Shown piece after piece: positions 36,266 to 48,471 of a DNA stretch of 64,000 bases. The stretch spans positions 122,450,001-122,514,000 of the forward strand of contig NC_083229.1 of NCBI RefSeq assembly GCF_032191835.1. Reading direction: 5' to 3'. The first letter of the stretch is position 1, and the number at the start of each line of letters is the position of its first letter. The notes under the pieces were generated by a model, which saw nothing but the letters and a program-made list of their open reading frames with translations, was not told where the DNA came from and did not search any database. The stretch comes from Heteronotia binoei (lineage: Eukaryota). Made by a program: the position numbers and the translations under genes.

Positions 36266-36425
36266 CAGTGTTCCCTCTAAGCTGAGTTAGTGTGAGCTAG
36301 CTCACGCAGTTTTTTAGCCCCCAGAGGACACGTTTTTGTCTTAGCTCAGGAAAAATGGCAAAAAAGTGAACCGCAGGCTAAAAAACTGAGCTAGCTCACA
36401 CTAACTCAGCATAGAGGGAACACTA
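36266..36425. mobile_element. Palindromic MITE
   Basis: ~40-bp inverted ends CAGTGTTCCCTCTAAGCTGAGTTAGTGTGAGCTAGCTCA; no TSD; partial copy near 46205-46310. Confidence 0.75.
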
Positions 36426-36524
36426 GGAGCAACTCTATACTGAACCACTCCAGTGTAAGCTCATTTAGCTCAGTGGTCTTACATTGAAGTAACTTTGCAT
36501 AAGATTGCATGGTATGCAGGAGGG

Positions 36525-36790
36525 GAAGAAGAAGAAGATGATGATGATCTCAGAGTCTAAGAGCAGCTTACAATCTCCTTTACTTTCCTCCCCCACAACA
36601 GACACTCTGTAAGGTAGGTGGGGCTGAGAGAGCTGTTTTGAGAAGTGGTGTTGAGAGAACAGCTCTGAGAAAACTGACTGACCCAAGGTCACCCAGCAGC
36701 TGCATGTGGGGTGGGGGGGTGGGGAATCAAACCTGGTCCTGTGCTTTTAGCCACTACACCAAACTGTGCTCTTAGCCACTACACCAAACT
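36525..36790 (-). mobile_element. Squam3-like SINE (diverged)
   Basis: Reverse-complement family match. Confidence 0.8.
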
Positions 36791-38353
36791 TGGTGCTGGG
36801 ACAATCCATGCTTGCATATTCTAAATTAAAAAAGGGCAAGACTTTGGCTTATTAGTTTAAAAGGGGCAAGAAGTTTGCTTCGGAAGGGAGGGAGGGAGGG
36901 AGGAAGGAAGGAAAATGGGGAGCAGTGATGGAGAGAGGAAAGAAAACAACTTTAACGTTAAACGCATTCTCCAAGCTGCTGGCTGGCTTGGCTCGGAGAA
37001 GTGATTTAAAGAGAGAATGCCTTCTCCAAGCTGGCCACTGGGGTGATGGGGTCTTTGAGAGCCTCACAATATGTTTGTAAGAGCCACATGTGGCTCCTTG
37101 CCCACAGTTTGGCCACCCTTTGGCCACCCTTGACCTAGATCCTTTCATCAGTAAGCTACCTTCCCAATAAGTATTTGCAAATAATGTCACCAAGGAAAGC
37201 TAAACTATTGAAATTCAAGGTTTGCCATCAGTTAAACCCCTTCTAGGTTCCTACTTCTTCCCACTAGATTTACATGTGATGGACAAGTACACATATATAC
37301 CATATTTGTCTTTAATGGTATACCTACTGAATACTACATGTACTGGTGTGCTCATCGACTGAACGTGCATTGCAGGAAGGGTGGGATGTAAGTCGAACAA
37401 AATAAAATAAAATAAATATGTGTTCTTGTGTGACTGTCATGTTAATTCATCAGAATTGGTTTTAAACTATCTGCACACACTGAGTTAAAAGAGGACCCTC
37501 CCCTCGGTGGAAAAGATTAATAGCAATTGCTGGAGCCATTTGTATGCATTATCTCACTCAATGAATTGTACCTGGTAATTTTCATTTTATTGAAATGCAA
37601 TAATGATCGAAAATAGCAGCCTTTCTCTTCCAGGCTGTGATCTTTCCTGCTTAACAATACAGTACAAAATAAGCTTTTCAAACGTTTGATTTCTCAGCCT
37701 TTGCTCTCCAAAAACACAAATCCTCTGCAATCTTAAGTCCTTTTTTTTTTTTTTTTAAATGGAGAAGAAAGATGTCCAATCAAGCACGTTTTCTCTGCAT
37801 CAGTTTAAACTCCTCAAAAATCAACGGAACTGAACATAAGGTTTAAGAATAGCGGTCCAAACCTACAAGCGAATCCTTCGCATCCTTCATTTAGGAGTAA
37901 GTCCTACTGTTCTAAAGAAAACATCTACAAAGTCGGGCTACATGAGTTACTTTGTGAAAAAGTTAAGCATGGAACATGCTGTCATGGGATGCAATTCACA
38001 ATCATAAACCTTACATCAACTTCACAGACGAGCAGCAGAGCGAATGCTTAGAACTAGATTCGTTTCAGTATTGTATGGGGACCTTCAAGCTTTGTAGACA
38101 TATGGAGACATTAACAGTAGCCTGAGCAATAAGGGGGAAAGACAGGATAGCAATTCCGCTGGGGCTAAAGTGTATGGGAACTTACTCAGAATTCTTACCT
38201 ATAATGTCGACAGGATGACCATGGAACCCTCTCCCTAACCACACACAATAATTAGCGTAAGTCTATGCCATGCAATATCAGGGGTGTCAAACTCATTTGT
38301 TATAAGGGCCAGATCTGACATAAATGAGACCTTGTCGGGCCGGGCCTTGTCTA

Positions 38354-39129
38354 TGTCAGCGAAGGTTCATTGAAGCTCCCAAAATAAGCAAGCTTGATGA
38401 TTTGAAACAAAGTTGCATTTATTGTATACGCCAAAGTTACTTCAGCATGATAGGCATTGGAACTGATGGCTAGCAGTTCGGGTCATTGGTATTTAACATT
38501 ATACATCAAAGCAATTGCAACTACCCCTCAATCCCCAAAACAAAGGCTGCCTTTGCATGTGAGACTTTTCACATGGCTCCCCCTTATCTTCTACAGTTGG
38601 TGGTTAGAAGAAGATGAAGATGAAGAAGAAGATATTGGATTTATATCCCTCCACTCCGAAGAGTCTCAGAGCGGCTCACAATCTCCTTTACCTTCCTCAC
38701 CCACAACAGACACCCTGTGAGGTGGGTGGGGCTGGAAAGGGCTCTCACAGCAGCTGCCCTTTCAAGGACAACGTCTGCCAGAGCTATGGCTGACCCAAGG
38801 CCATGCTAGCAAGTGCAAGTGGAGGAGTGGGGAATCAAACCCGGTTCTCCCAGATAAGAGCCCGCACACTTAACCACTACACCAAACCGGCTCTCCCGGC
38901 GGCAATGTCCTTGCTGCCTCTAGGGGGGAGGTGAGAATCTGCCAGGAATTCTCCACTTCAAAAACTGCCTTACAACCTTTGATATTCCTGGGAAGCTACT
39001 CTTTGGCTATTCCCTACTTGGCCCCCCTTCTGCTATCCTACTAGCATAGGTTAGTGAGCATATGTGTGTGTTAATCAATCTGGTTAGTGATCAGCATTCA
39101 GCAATAGTATCAATGAACAGAGTCTGACA
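38354..39129 (-). mobile_element. Solo LTR (~485 bp without its nested SINE)
   Basis: TGTCAG...CTGACA termini, 5-bp TSD GTCTA (38349-38353 and 39130-39134), and minus-strand AATAAA near the left end. Confidence 0.85.
38605..38895 (-). mobile_element. Squam3-like SINE nested in the solo LTR
   Basis: Full-length reverse-complement match. Confidence 0.9.
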
Positions 39130-39663
39130 GTCTAGCTGGGCCATGTGTGTACCTATTTAAGATTAGGTAGCAGAGATATCAACTTTATAAAGGACACAGA
39201 CAAACACAAAGATGCTTTAAAAAAAAAAACTTAACATGCTTAAAACATTAGCACTTGGTCTTAAAGGTGCTTTTTTTGTATCTCTCGCGTGTGATCCAGG
39301 GAACCGGGCAAAGGAAGCTCTGGCTCTTTCCTTCCTTCCACAGGGGAGGAGCCTCAGCCAATAGAAGGAAGAGAGGCCTGGCTCAGTTGCTCCGCTGCAC
39401 AATTGAGAGAGCCTGGCAGAGCAAGCTCTGCCTCCCCCAGGAAGGAGCCTCAGCCAACTGAGAAAATAGAGGCTTTGTTCTGTAGCTCCTGTGTGATTGA
39501 GAAAACCTGGCAAAGTAAGCTGAGGTGCAGAAGGAAGCAAGAGAGAGAATAGGAAACAGATGACAGCCAGTCGCTTGGGGGCCTGATAGGAGCCCTACGG
39601 GGGCTGATTTGGCCCCCGGGCCGCATGTTTGACACCCCTGCCATACATGGCTATTTTAAGCAT

Positions 39664-39694
39664 CTGAAGAAGTGTGCATGCACATGAAAGCTTA
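39664..39694 (+). ncRNA. Minimal hammerhead ribozyme motif in a Penelope-like 3' fragment (about 39655-39740)
   Basis: CTGAAGA-A-[GTGTG CATG CACAT]-GAAAGCTT; catalytic core intact; flanked by the tail AACTTTGTTGGTCTT. Confidence 0.7.
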
Positions 39695-40498
39695 TACACA
39701 GAGTTAAACTTTGTTGGTCTTAACTCAAACTTTGTTCTAAAGGTCATTTTAATGAAATCTTGAGGTCAACACCCCCTCTTAACATGGGATCCCCATCAAA
39801 AAAGACTTCACAAGGAAGGTGCCGTGCATATTCCCCAAGATCCCTATTGTCTACAGTTCCCTCCCTCTTCATCTACACATCACTTCCAATTTGGTTTGTG
39901 AATGTTTGTGAGTTTTGCATAGTTCTGCCCTCTCATCAGTTCATGGGAAGCAGAGATGTCACCAGTGCAAAATCCACCCTCCAAAGCAGTTGTAAGTGGA
40001 GGAGTGGGGAATCAAACCCGGTTCTCCCAGATAAGAGTCCGCACACTTTACCACTACAGCAAATTGGCTCTTCATTACTAAGTGGGGTTTTGATTTCCCC
40101 TCTCCAACTCTGGCTATCTTCTCCTGACAGTTGCTGGTGGTCACCATGCTAAAAGCATTTCCACAGATGGTAGGGTTTCCTTTCTTGCTTTCCCCCTCTT
40201 ACTGAAGTACCAAATTAACTCTGAAATGCTGTTCTTGGGGAACGGGACCCCCAGGAGCAAGGGACCCCACTAATAGCATATCAGGGGCATTTCAGGCTCA
40301 ACCAGTTAGAGGGAACCATTCTCTGCAGGTGGAAATGGAGTACCAGTGTTCTAGCATGCCACTCTGAGAAGCTTCATGGAAAGTTTCAGGAATGTTCAGC
40401 TTAAAAGAGGAAGAGGAATGAACTGAGAGGGGAGAGTGGGGGAAATGTTTTCCTTAGAGAGACAGCTGTACTTTTCATCTATTCCTGTTCCTTTAACT

Positions 40499-41068
40499 CA
40501 GGGGTTCCCAACCCCCAGGCCCCGGACTGGTACCTGTCTGTGCCTCATCAGCAACCGGCCCACCATCCCCCTGTCCCCCATGGTGCCCTGCAGCTCCCCT
40601 GCTCCCCCAGTGCCTCCTCCTCCCTCCCTGCTCCTCCCTCCTTCGATGTTATGCCAGGGAAAGTGCCTTCCGGGCTCTTTAAAAGCTCACCCCCCTCCCC
40701 GCAGCAGCGAGTGAGCACTGAACAAGCGGCGTTGACCTTGCACCGCTTGTTCAGCGAGTCGCTCGCTGCTGCTGCTGCAGTTTCCCCTGAGGATCAGCTG
40801 ATTGGTGGCAGGGGGGTGAGCTTTTAAAGAGCTCAGAAGGTGCTTTCCCCAGCTTGACATCATAAAAACGGAGGGAGGAGGAGGCGACTCGGAGGGGACG
40901 GGGAGGCTAAGGGGCACCACGGGGGACGGGGGGGACGGGGAGGCTGAGGGGGCGGTGAGGCTGCAGGGGGGGGGGGGGAAGCCAAGTTCAGTTCCCACAC
41001 CCTGCTAGCCCTGGGGCTGTGGTGGGCAGGCTGCCGGTCCCTGGTGCCAAAAAGGTTGGGGACCACTG
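40499..41068. mobile_element. hAT (Charlie-like) MITE with internal hairpins
   Basis: Perfect TSD CTTTAACT (40491-40498 and 41069-41076). Confidence 0.9.
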
Positions 41069-42154
41069 CTTTAACTAACGGTTCCGAGGGGTTCCTAGAT
41101 CCTAGCCTGACTAGCCTCCTCAAAATGGACATCTGTCACAGCATGCTTGGGCTGCTGCATCAGCGTGGCCCTCTAGTGAAAGTGGTTGCTGACTAGACTA
41201 GACAAGGCAAGCCTTATGTGGCTGGTAAGGTATGTTCCACCTCTCATTGGGAGCCGCAAATGAGACCCGATGGAATATTGGGGGAAAGACAGAAAACAGC
41301 AGCTGAGAGAGCTGTTGAGAGCTGGCCGCTAGGCAGCTGAGAAGGAAAAGAGTACGATCAATTTCTCATTAGCGTTGCTCCACCCCCAGGCTTCTGTTTT
41401 CCCCAGCGCAAGCAATCGGTTTTCCACCAGTTGCTCCCCCGGTGTATTTTGATGAGTGGCTCCCTCCAGTTGCCCTTGTAGCTTTGCGATGCTGTCTTTT
41501 AAGGCTTAAGAAACCACAAGGGGAACTGGAGAGGGCCGGGTGTCAAAATGCACCTACAGAACAACTGATGGGAAATCAATTGGTTCTGCCAGGGTGGGGG
41601 ATGGGACAGAAGACTGGGGGTGGAGCAACACTAGTGAGAAATCGGTATGTGCCTGATTGTGTGAAACCGTGGAGAAGAGCTGCTTAGAGCTAACTGAAAA
41701 GAGTTGATCCCATTTGCTGGAGAAGGGAAACAGTTCAAAAGTTCAGTTGGAAACAGAATGTTGTAACATCTCCCTTACTTTCTTCAGTGTCATGCTCAAA
41801 CCATAAATAAAAGTTGATTCCTTGTTTGTCGAAATCTGTGGGCTGCTGTGTATCTCAGTGAAATACACACAAGTCAATATCTCGCAGAAACACACACACG
41901 CCAATATCACACACAAGTTAAACACACACAAGTCAATATCTTGCTCTATAAATGTTTTAGGATATGAACAATTGAACAATGAACAATAATTGAACAATGC
42001 ATGAGCCCCCAACCTCAATAACTCTGAACTGTTTGAACGAGGGCCTGTTATGGGGAAGGGGGGGGGGCTACCCTATCTGCTGATGTCTCTCTGTGTGAGA
42101 GAGGACCTGACAGGTGAAATAGTCATGGATCTCTAGAGATTTTAAAAGGAGGAG

Positions 42155-42405
42155 AAGCTTATACCCCAGCCTTCACTCAGAGTGGCTTACGATCTCCTTC
42201 CCTTCCTCTCCCCACAACAGACACTCTGTGAGGTAGGTAGGACTGAGAGAGCTCTGAGAGAACTGCTCTTTAGAGAACAGCTCTGAGAAAATGGTGACTG
42301 GCCAAAGGTCACCCAGCTGGCTGCATGTGACGGAAGAGTGGGGAATCAAACCTGGTTTTCCGGATTAGAGTTTGCAGCTCTTAAACACTACACCAAATTG
42401 ACTCT
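42155..42405 (-). mobile_element. Squam3-like SINE (diverged)
   Basis: Reverse-complement family match. Confidence 0.78.
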
Positions 42406-42489
42406 CCAGAGATATGAAGTGATAGTTATGGTGATGTGAACGGTGTGCACTACGTGTAACCCTGAAAATGAGAGAGAGGGGGTTTAGAG

Positions 42490-43041
42490 CAGGGGTGTCA
42501 AACTCATTTGTTATGAGGGCTGGATCTGACATAAATGAACCTGGCCGGGCCATGTGTGTCATAACATGTAATGCCAGGTAGCAGAAATATAAACTTTATA
42601 AAGGACACAAACACAAATATTTTTAAAAAAATCTTAAAACATTAGCACTTGTTGGTCTTAAAGGTGCTTTCTTTGTATCTCTCCCGCGCAATCCAGGCTC
42701 TCTCAATTGCACAGCACAGTTATTGAACCAAGACTCTCTTCCTTCTATTGGCTGAGGCTCCTCCCCCTTCTGGTCCCCTGGGGAAGGAAGGAAAGAGTTA
42801 GAGCTTCCTTTGCAGCAAACTATCCCCCCTTCCTCCCCAAAGGAGGAGCCACAGCCAATGGAGAAAATAGAGGCTTTGCTCTATAGCTCCTGTGCAGTTG
42901 AGCAAGCTTGGCAAAGCAAGTTGTGATGAAGAAAGAAGCATGAAAGAGAGAAGAAAGAAAATGACAGAAATTGCTCGGGGGGCTGATAGGAGCCCTCTGG
43001 GGGCCTGATTCAGCCCCTGGGCCATAGGTTTGACACCCCTG
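42490..43041. mobile_element. hAT MITE (CAGGGGTGTCAAAC ends)
   Basis: 14-bp TIRs and degenerate TSD GTTTAGAG/GTTTAAGAG. Confidence 0.85.
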
Positions 43042-43059
43042 GTTTAAGAGGGTGATAGG

Positions 43060-43763
43060 CAGGCCTCAGATTCAGCAGGAGCTCACAGGAGCACAGCTCC
43101 TGAACCTTTCTGAGGGTTCCCCCTCTTTCTCCCCACCTACCTTATCCATTGAATAGTAGGTGCAGCTGCATAACAATCCCTGGATGAGCTCCACCACCTT
43201 TTTTTCTACAAAACAACCCCTGAGCAGAGGTGTCACCAGTGCGAAATCCACCCTCCAAAGCAGCCATTTTCCCCAGGGGAACTGATCTCTTCTATCTGGA
43301 GATCGATTGTAATCAGGCCTCAGATTCAGCAGGAGCTCACAGGAGCACAGCTCCTGAACCTTTCTGAGGGTCTCCCCCTCTTCCTCCCCACCTACCTTGT
43401 CCATTGAATAGGAGGTGCAACTGCATAACAATCCCTGGATTAGGAGAGCAGCCAGCCAGCCAGGCACTGAGGGCTTTGCCACACCCTCAGCAGCCCTCAT
43501 TAACCCCTGGAGAAGTCCACACCACCCTTATGTTATTTTTGGGCTGTGGGTATTTTGCTGGCTTTTTGACTGGGACGGGCAGCCCAAGAGAGCCCCAGGT
43601 GAACGAGGCCTGCTTGGGCTGGATGGATCGCTAGTCAGCCCAAGCAGGCCTCGCTCACCCAGGGCTCTCCTTTCTTGCATCGGGTTGCTTTTGGCTGGGG
43701 GGTATATGCTAATGAGTTATGCTAATGAGCTTCACTACCTATTTTTGTACAAAACAACCCCTA
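43060..43763. mobile_element. Two consecutive hAT-type MITEs (43060-43222 short, 43314-43763 long)
   Basis: Both start CAGGCCTCAGATTCAGC and end CTACAAAACAACCCCT-like. Confidence 0.8.
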
Positions 43764-43765
43764 GT

Positions 43766-44690
43766 GAGAGTCAGTTTGGTGTAGTGGTTAAGTGTGCGGA
43801 CTCTTATCTGGGGGAACCAGGTTTGATTCCCCACTCCTCCACTTGCACCTGCTAGCATGGCCTTGGCAGAGCTCTGGCAGAGGTTGTCCTTGAAAGATTG
43901 TGAGCTGCTCTGAGACTCTTTGGAGTGGAGGGCGGGATATAAATCCAATATCTTCATCTACCTCACAGGGTGTCTGTTACGGGGGAGGAAGGTAAAGGAG
44001 ATTGTGAGCTGCTCTGAGACTCTTTGGAGTGGAGGGCGGGATATAAATCCAATATCTTCATCTACCTCACAGAGTGTCTGTTATGGGGGAGGAAGGTAAA
44101 GGAGATTGTGAGCCGCTCTGAGACTCTTCGGAGTGGAAGGCGGGATATAAATCCAATATCTTCATCTACCTCACAATGTGTCTGTTGTGGGCGAGGAAGG
44201 GAAAGGAGATTGTGAGCCACTCTGAGACTCTTCGGAGTGGAGGGCGGGATATAAATCCAATATCTTCATCTACCTCACAGGGTGTCTGTTGTGGGGGAGG
44301 AAGGTAAAGGAGATTGTGAGCCGTTCTGAGACTCTTCGGAGTGGAGGGCAGGATAGAAATCCAATATCTTCATCTACCTCACAGAGTGTCTGTTATGGGG
44401 GAGGAAGGTAAAGAAGATTGTGAGCCGTTCTGAGACTCTTCGGAGTGGAGGGTGCGATATATATCCAATATCTTCATCTACCTCACAGGGTGTCTGTTGA
44501 GGGGGGGAAGGGAAAGGAGATTGTGAGCCGCTCTGAGACTCTTCGGAGTGGAGGGCGGGATATAAATCCAATAGCTTCATCTACCTCACAGTGTGTCTGT
44601 TGTGGGCGAGGAAGGGAAAGGAGATTGTGAGCCGTTCTGAGACTCTTCGGAGTGGAGGGCAGGATATACCGGTAAATCCAATATCTTCTA
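43766..44690 (+). repeat. Squam3-like SINE with eight tandem 104-bp tail units
   Basis: AAATCC register at 43941, 44045, 44149, 44253, 44357, 44461, 44564 and 44674; flanking CTAGTGA duplication. Confidence 0.95.
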
Positions 44691-45469
44691 GTGACAGGTA
44701 ACCCTGTGTGAGTGGAAAAGGGCATCACACCTTACTGCTAAGCAAAGAAATTATCTGGATTCTTTCTTCTTTTAAACAAACACAACCAAAAACCAAAACC
44801 CTACACGTCTGACTGCAACATGGCGTCTCCTCCAATAGCAGCTGGGTGGGACGGAGGTGGGCAGCAGTTCAATCCCTGCTGAGGTGCTGAGACTGCTGGC
44901 CAGAAGGTGAGGCTTTGAAGCGCCCCCATGCCTCCTTTCCCGGCAATGAGAAATTAATTTGATTAACAGAAATACACAAGCAAACAAGCGGCGCCATTGT
45001 GCTGTAGTAAGTCATATCTGTGCATGTTTAATTCCAAACTCCGGCATTTGAAATTGCTAATTAAAGACATTAGCCAATGTCAATACAGCAATATTTTAAT
45101 GACTCCCAGATAATCCCACAGCAATCAATTTAAATCAAAATGAGTTTATTGTAAAGTGCCAAAGGTGGGGGAAAATGCTTCCTTTGCACTACAAAGTGTG
45201 GATTTCTCAAATGAATAAGGCCTGTTCAGAATTTAACTAGATAATTACTTCATTTGCATTTGCAAAAGGGATAAGAGGAATGGAAAAAAAGAGAGCTCAG
45301 TGGGAAAACCATGTTGAGTCTTTTAAAAGGTGACACACCGAAGACAGGGGTACTCGAAGTTTTGTCATTTCCAATAGGGCTTAATTTTAAGGCAGCGCCG
45401 TTGATTAAACTTAACATCCTAGCCTGAGAGAAAGAAGGCAGAACAGAGGCCTGACAAACAGGGCCTTTT

Positions 45470-46038
45470 CTTTGTAGCAGGAACTCCTTTGCATATTAAG
45501 CCACCCACCCCTGATGTAGCCAATCCTTCTGGAGTTTACAGTAGGCCCTGGACTAGTAAGAGCCCTGTAAGCGCTTGAGGGATTGGCTACAGCAGTGGTG
45601 TGTGGTAGGGTTTGGGGGTGGAGCCAGAAGACATTGGGGATGGAGCCAGGAGCAAGGGTGTGACAAGCATAATTGAACTCCAAGGGAGTTCTGGCCATCA
45701 CATTTAAAGGGACCACACACCTTCCTTCCATAGGAAATAATGATGGACAGGGCACCTTTTGGGGCTCATGAAATTGGACCCCCTGGTCCAATCGTTTTGA
45801 AACTTGGAGGGTATTTTGGGGAGAGGCACTGAAGGCTATACTGAAAATTAGGTTCTTCCTCAAAAAACAGCCCTACAAGAGCCCCAGATACCCACAGATC
45901 AATTCTCCATTTCCTGTGGAAAGCAGTCTCCATAGGGAATGATAAAGTGCCCAGCAGACATTTCCCTCCCCCCTCCCGATTTCTGATGACCCTGAAGCGG
46001 GGGGGGAGGGCCTCCAAACCGGGGGATTGACAACCCTA
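45470..46038. mobile_element. Composite of a palindromic MITE fragment and a 5'-truncated Blackjack-like MITE
   Basis: 45470-45605 matches 51006-51195, and 45610-46038 matches 720-1188. Confidence 0.75.
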
Positions 46039-47089
46039 GTTGTATAGCACCACAAAATGTTTTAAATTGTATTTTATTGGTTTTAAATTGCATTATAGAA
46101 CTGATTATTAGCCGCTCTAAGTCCGCTTGCAGAGAGAGGGTGGGATAAAAATTGAACGTAATTAATTAAGTAATTAAAGTTGTGAGCTGCTGCATCGATG
46201 AGTGTGCTCTGAGGCCATTTTCCCTGAGCGAAGACAAAAATGTGTGAGCCGGAGGCTAAAAATCTGTGAGCTAGCTCACGCTAACCCAGCTTTGAGGGAA
46301 CATTGCTCACAGGCCCAGAGTTCCTGCTTCTCAAAGCTGGTGGGAGAGGTCTCCAGCTGGCTGCAAAGAAGCAGAGACCACCACCCCTTCTCACTCTCCC
46401 ATCCTGTTCACAGGAGGGGAAAGAGAGGGGGGGGGGCGCAGGCCCGGTCTTCCAGCTTCTTGCAGCTGGCCAGGGAAGCCTCCAGCCTACTGTGAGACCA
46501 CTGCCCCTCTAACCCCTCCTGGAATTCCTACAAACAGGGGCTCCTTCTGTGGTTGTTCCTCAACATTAGTATTCAGAGGGACATGAAAGTTGTGTTTTGT
46601 CATTGTGGCTAATAGCTATTGATGGTCTTGTCTTCCACAAACTTTTCCAAAGCTGATTCTCCCAGTGTAGCTGAACAGCTGGATTCAGGCTGTGGTGTCA
46701 GAGAAGGGGGGGGGTAACCCCCTGTTACTCTGAGAGCACTGTGGGGGAGACTTCTATTAACTCCCACAGAGAAGAAAGAAAGGCACTTCGGCTGAATCCA
46801 TTTCCTCACCTTAGCTGGACTAACATTTGTTTGGGGTAAATGTTGTTTTAATGGGGAACTTCCCTACAGAAGAGAAGTTCCGTCTTCTCATGCTCCATCT
46901 GCTTTTTAAAATCACAATGAATTCAAATAAAATCTGGAGTTCTGATTGTAGATGCCATACGTGGCATGTAGTCAAGTCAAGTTTAATACGGTCAGAAACC
47001 CATCCGACATGTATTCTAGGGTCAGTGCCCTTTCCCAATTGAAAAGCCAAGCAATGGGTGTTTTTACATTCAGTTTGATCCAGAGTTTT

Positions 47090-47464
47090 AAGAAGATGTT
47101 GGATTTATATCCCGCCCTCTGCTCCGAAGAGTCTCAGAGAGGCTCACAATCTCCTTTACCTTCCTCCCCGCCACAACAAACCCTGTGAGGTAGATGAAGA
47201 TATTGGATTTATATCACGCCCTCCACTCTGAAGAGTCTCAGAGCGGCTCACAATCTCCTTTACCTTCATCCCCCACAACAGACACCCTGTGAGGTGGGTG
47301 GGGCTGAGAGGGCTCTCACAGCAGCTGCCCTTTCCAGGACAACCTCTGCCAGAGTTATGGCTGACCCGAGGCCATGCCAGCAGGTGCAAGTGGAGGAGTG
47401 GGGAATCAAACCTGGTTCTCCCAGATAAGAGTCCGCACACTTAACCACTACACCAAACTGGCTC
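47090..47464 (-). mobile_element. Squam3-like SINE with two tail units
   Basis: Same GTGAGGTAGATGAAGATATTGG junction as the long arrays. Confidence 0.9.
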
Positions 47465-48471
47465 TTCAAATCGCCTGCCACTGTTCCGCTTTAATTATTT
47501 TCCTTTTACATTTAAGCGTTTCAATTTTTTTTTTTTGGGGGGGGGGTCTCTGATCAGAGGGCAGCCGGAATACCAGTGCTTAGTCAAATGTATACGATTG
47601 CTTGGAAATGGTGTCAACACAGCAAAAACAATACGCATTTAAATTACAAGATGAGGCAAGCAATGATATGTAAAAATTTCAAGTGCTGTCAGTTCTCATG
47701 CAAATTACTGTACCTTGTGGCTTTTGGAGGAGTCTTTTAAAATGCATGAAAACTTCTACAATGCAAGTTTAAAACGCCTGTAGAGAAATGACTGGATCAA
47801 AACTAGTTTCGAGAAAAACTTCACAGCAGCGGCGCCAGAGCCCATCTCACCGAAACAAATGTAGATGCTTCGGGCAGCAACGATGCAAAACAGTTGTGAG
47901 AACGTTCGGTAATGTAAAAGGTGAGTTTCCAGTGTGGTGATAAAGAGTCACAAACTGTCAGTGTAAAAACACTCTCAGTCTCCTGTCCTTTTTGCAGGAG
48001 AGAAAAGAGAGATGCAGGGCCTACAGGCTGTGTATCTGCGTATTTCCACTGCAGCTTCTGAATCTCCTAAAACAACATCAAGTCACCATGAGCGAAATTG
48101 GAGGGAGCCTTGGATCAACAAGCAGCCAGGCAGCGAATAGTGGGGAATCGGTCTCTTGAACTGAGGAAAGCAGATGCTCGTGGGCAGAGCAACTACTAGC
48201 GAGGAATCGGTAATGGTTTTGAGCGGACTGTGAAGTCACCGTGAAGCTCGGACCTTCTATTTTACCTGGAGGACTGTTTAGTTGGTATGAAGAAGCTGGC
48301 TGCACTTTGCCATCTTGGACTTAGCATTTTTAATGTTAATGTAATAATTTTATTGGTCTTACTGTTTTTTATTATTTTAGAGGATTCGTAAGCCCCTTTG
48401 AGCTCGCTTGACCCCACCTATATAAAAAATTTCTGAGTAGCACCATAAATATTCTACTTTTTTTAAAAAAT

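Larger units (their letters stand above)
38279..39640. mobile_element. hAT MITE (CAGGGGTGTCAAAC ends) split by a solo LTR
   Basis: TIRs CAGGGGTGTCAAAC...GTTTGACACCCCTG; colinear with 42490-43041 once the insert is removed; TSD not preserved. Confidence 0.85.

Noticed and set aside
41443-41867. Fourth solo LTR (TGTATTT...AAATACA, AATAAA near 41806)
   Set aside because: No matching TSD and no shared U5 motif, so it cannot be supported.
46811-46900. Minus-strand exon (acceptor AAAAGCAG, donor AAG|GTGAGG)
   Set aside because: All three frames contain stops.
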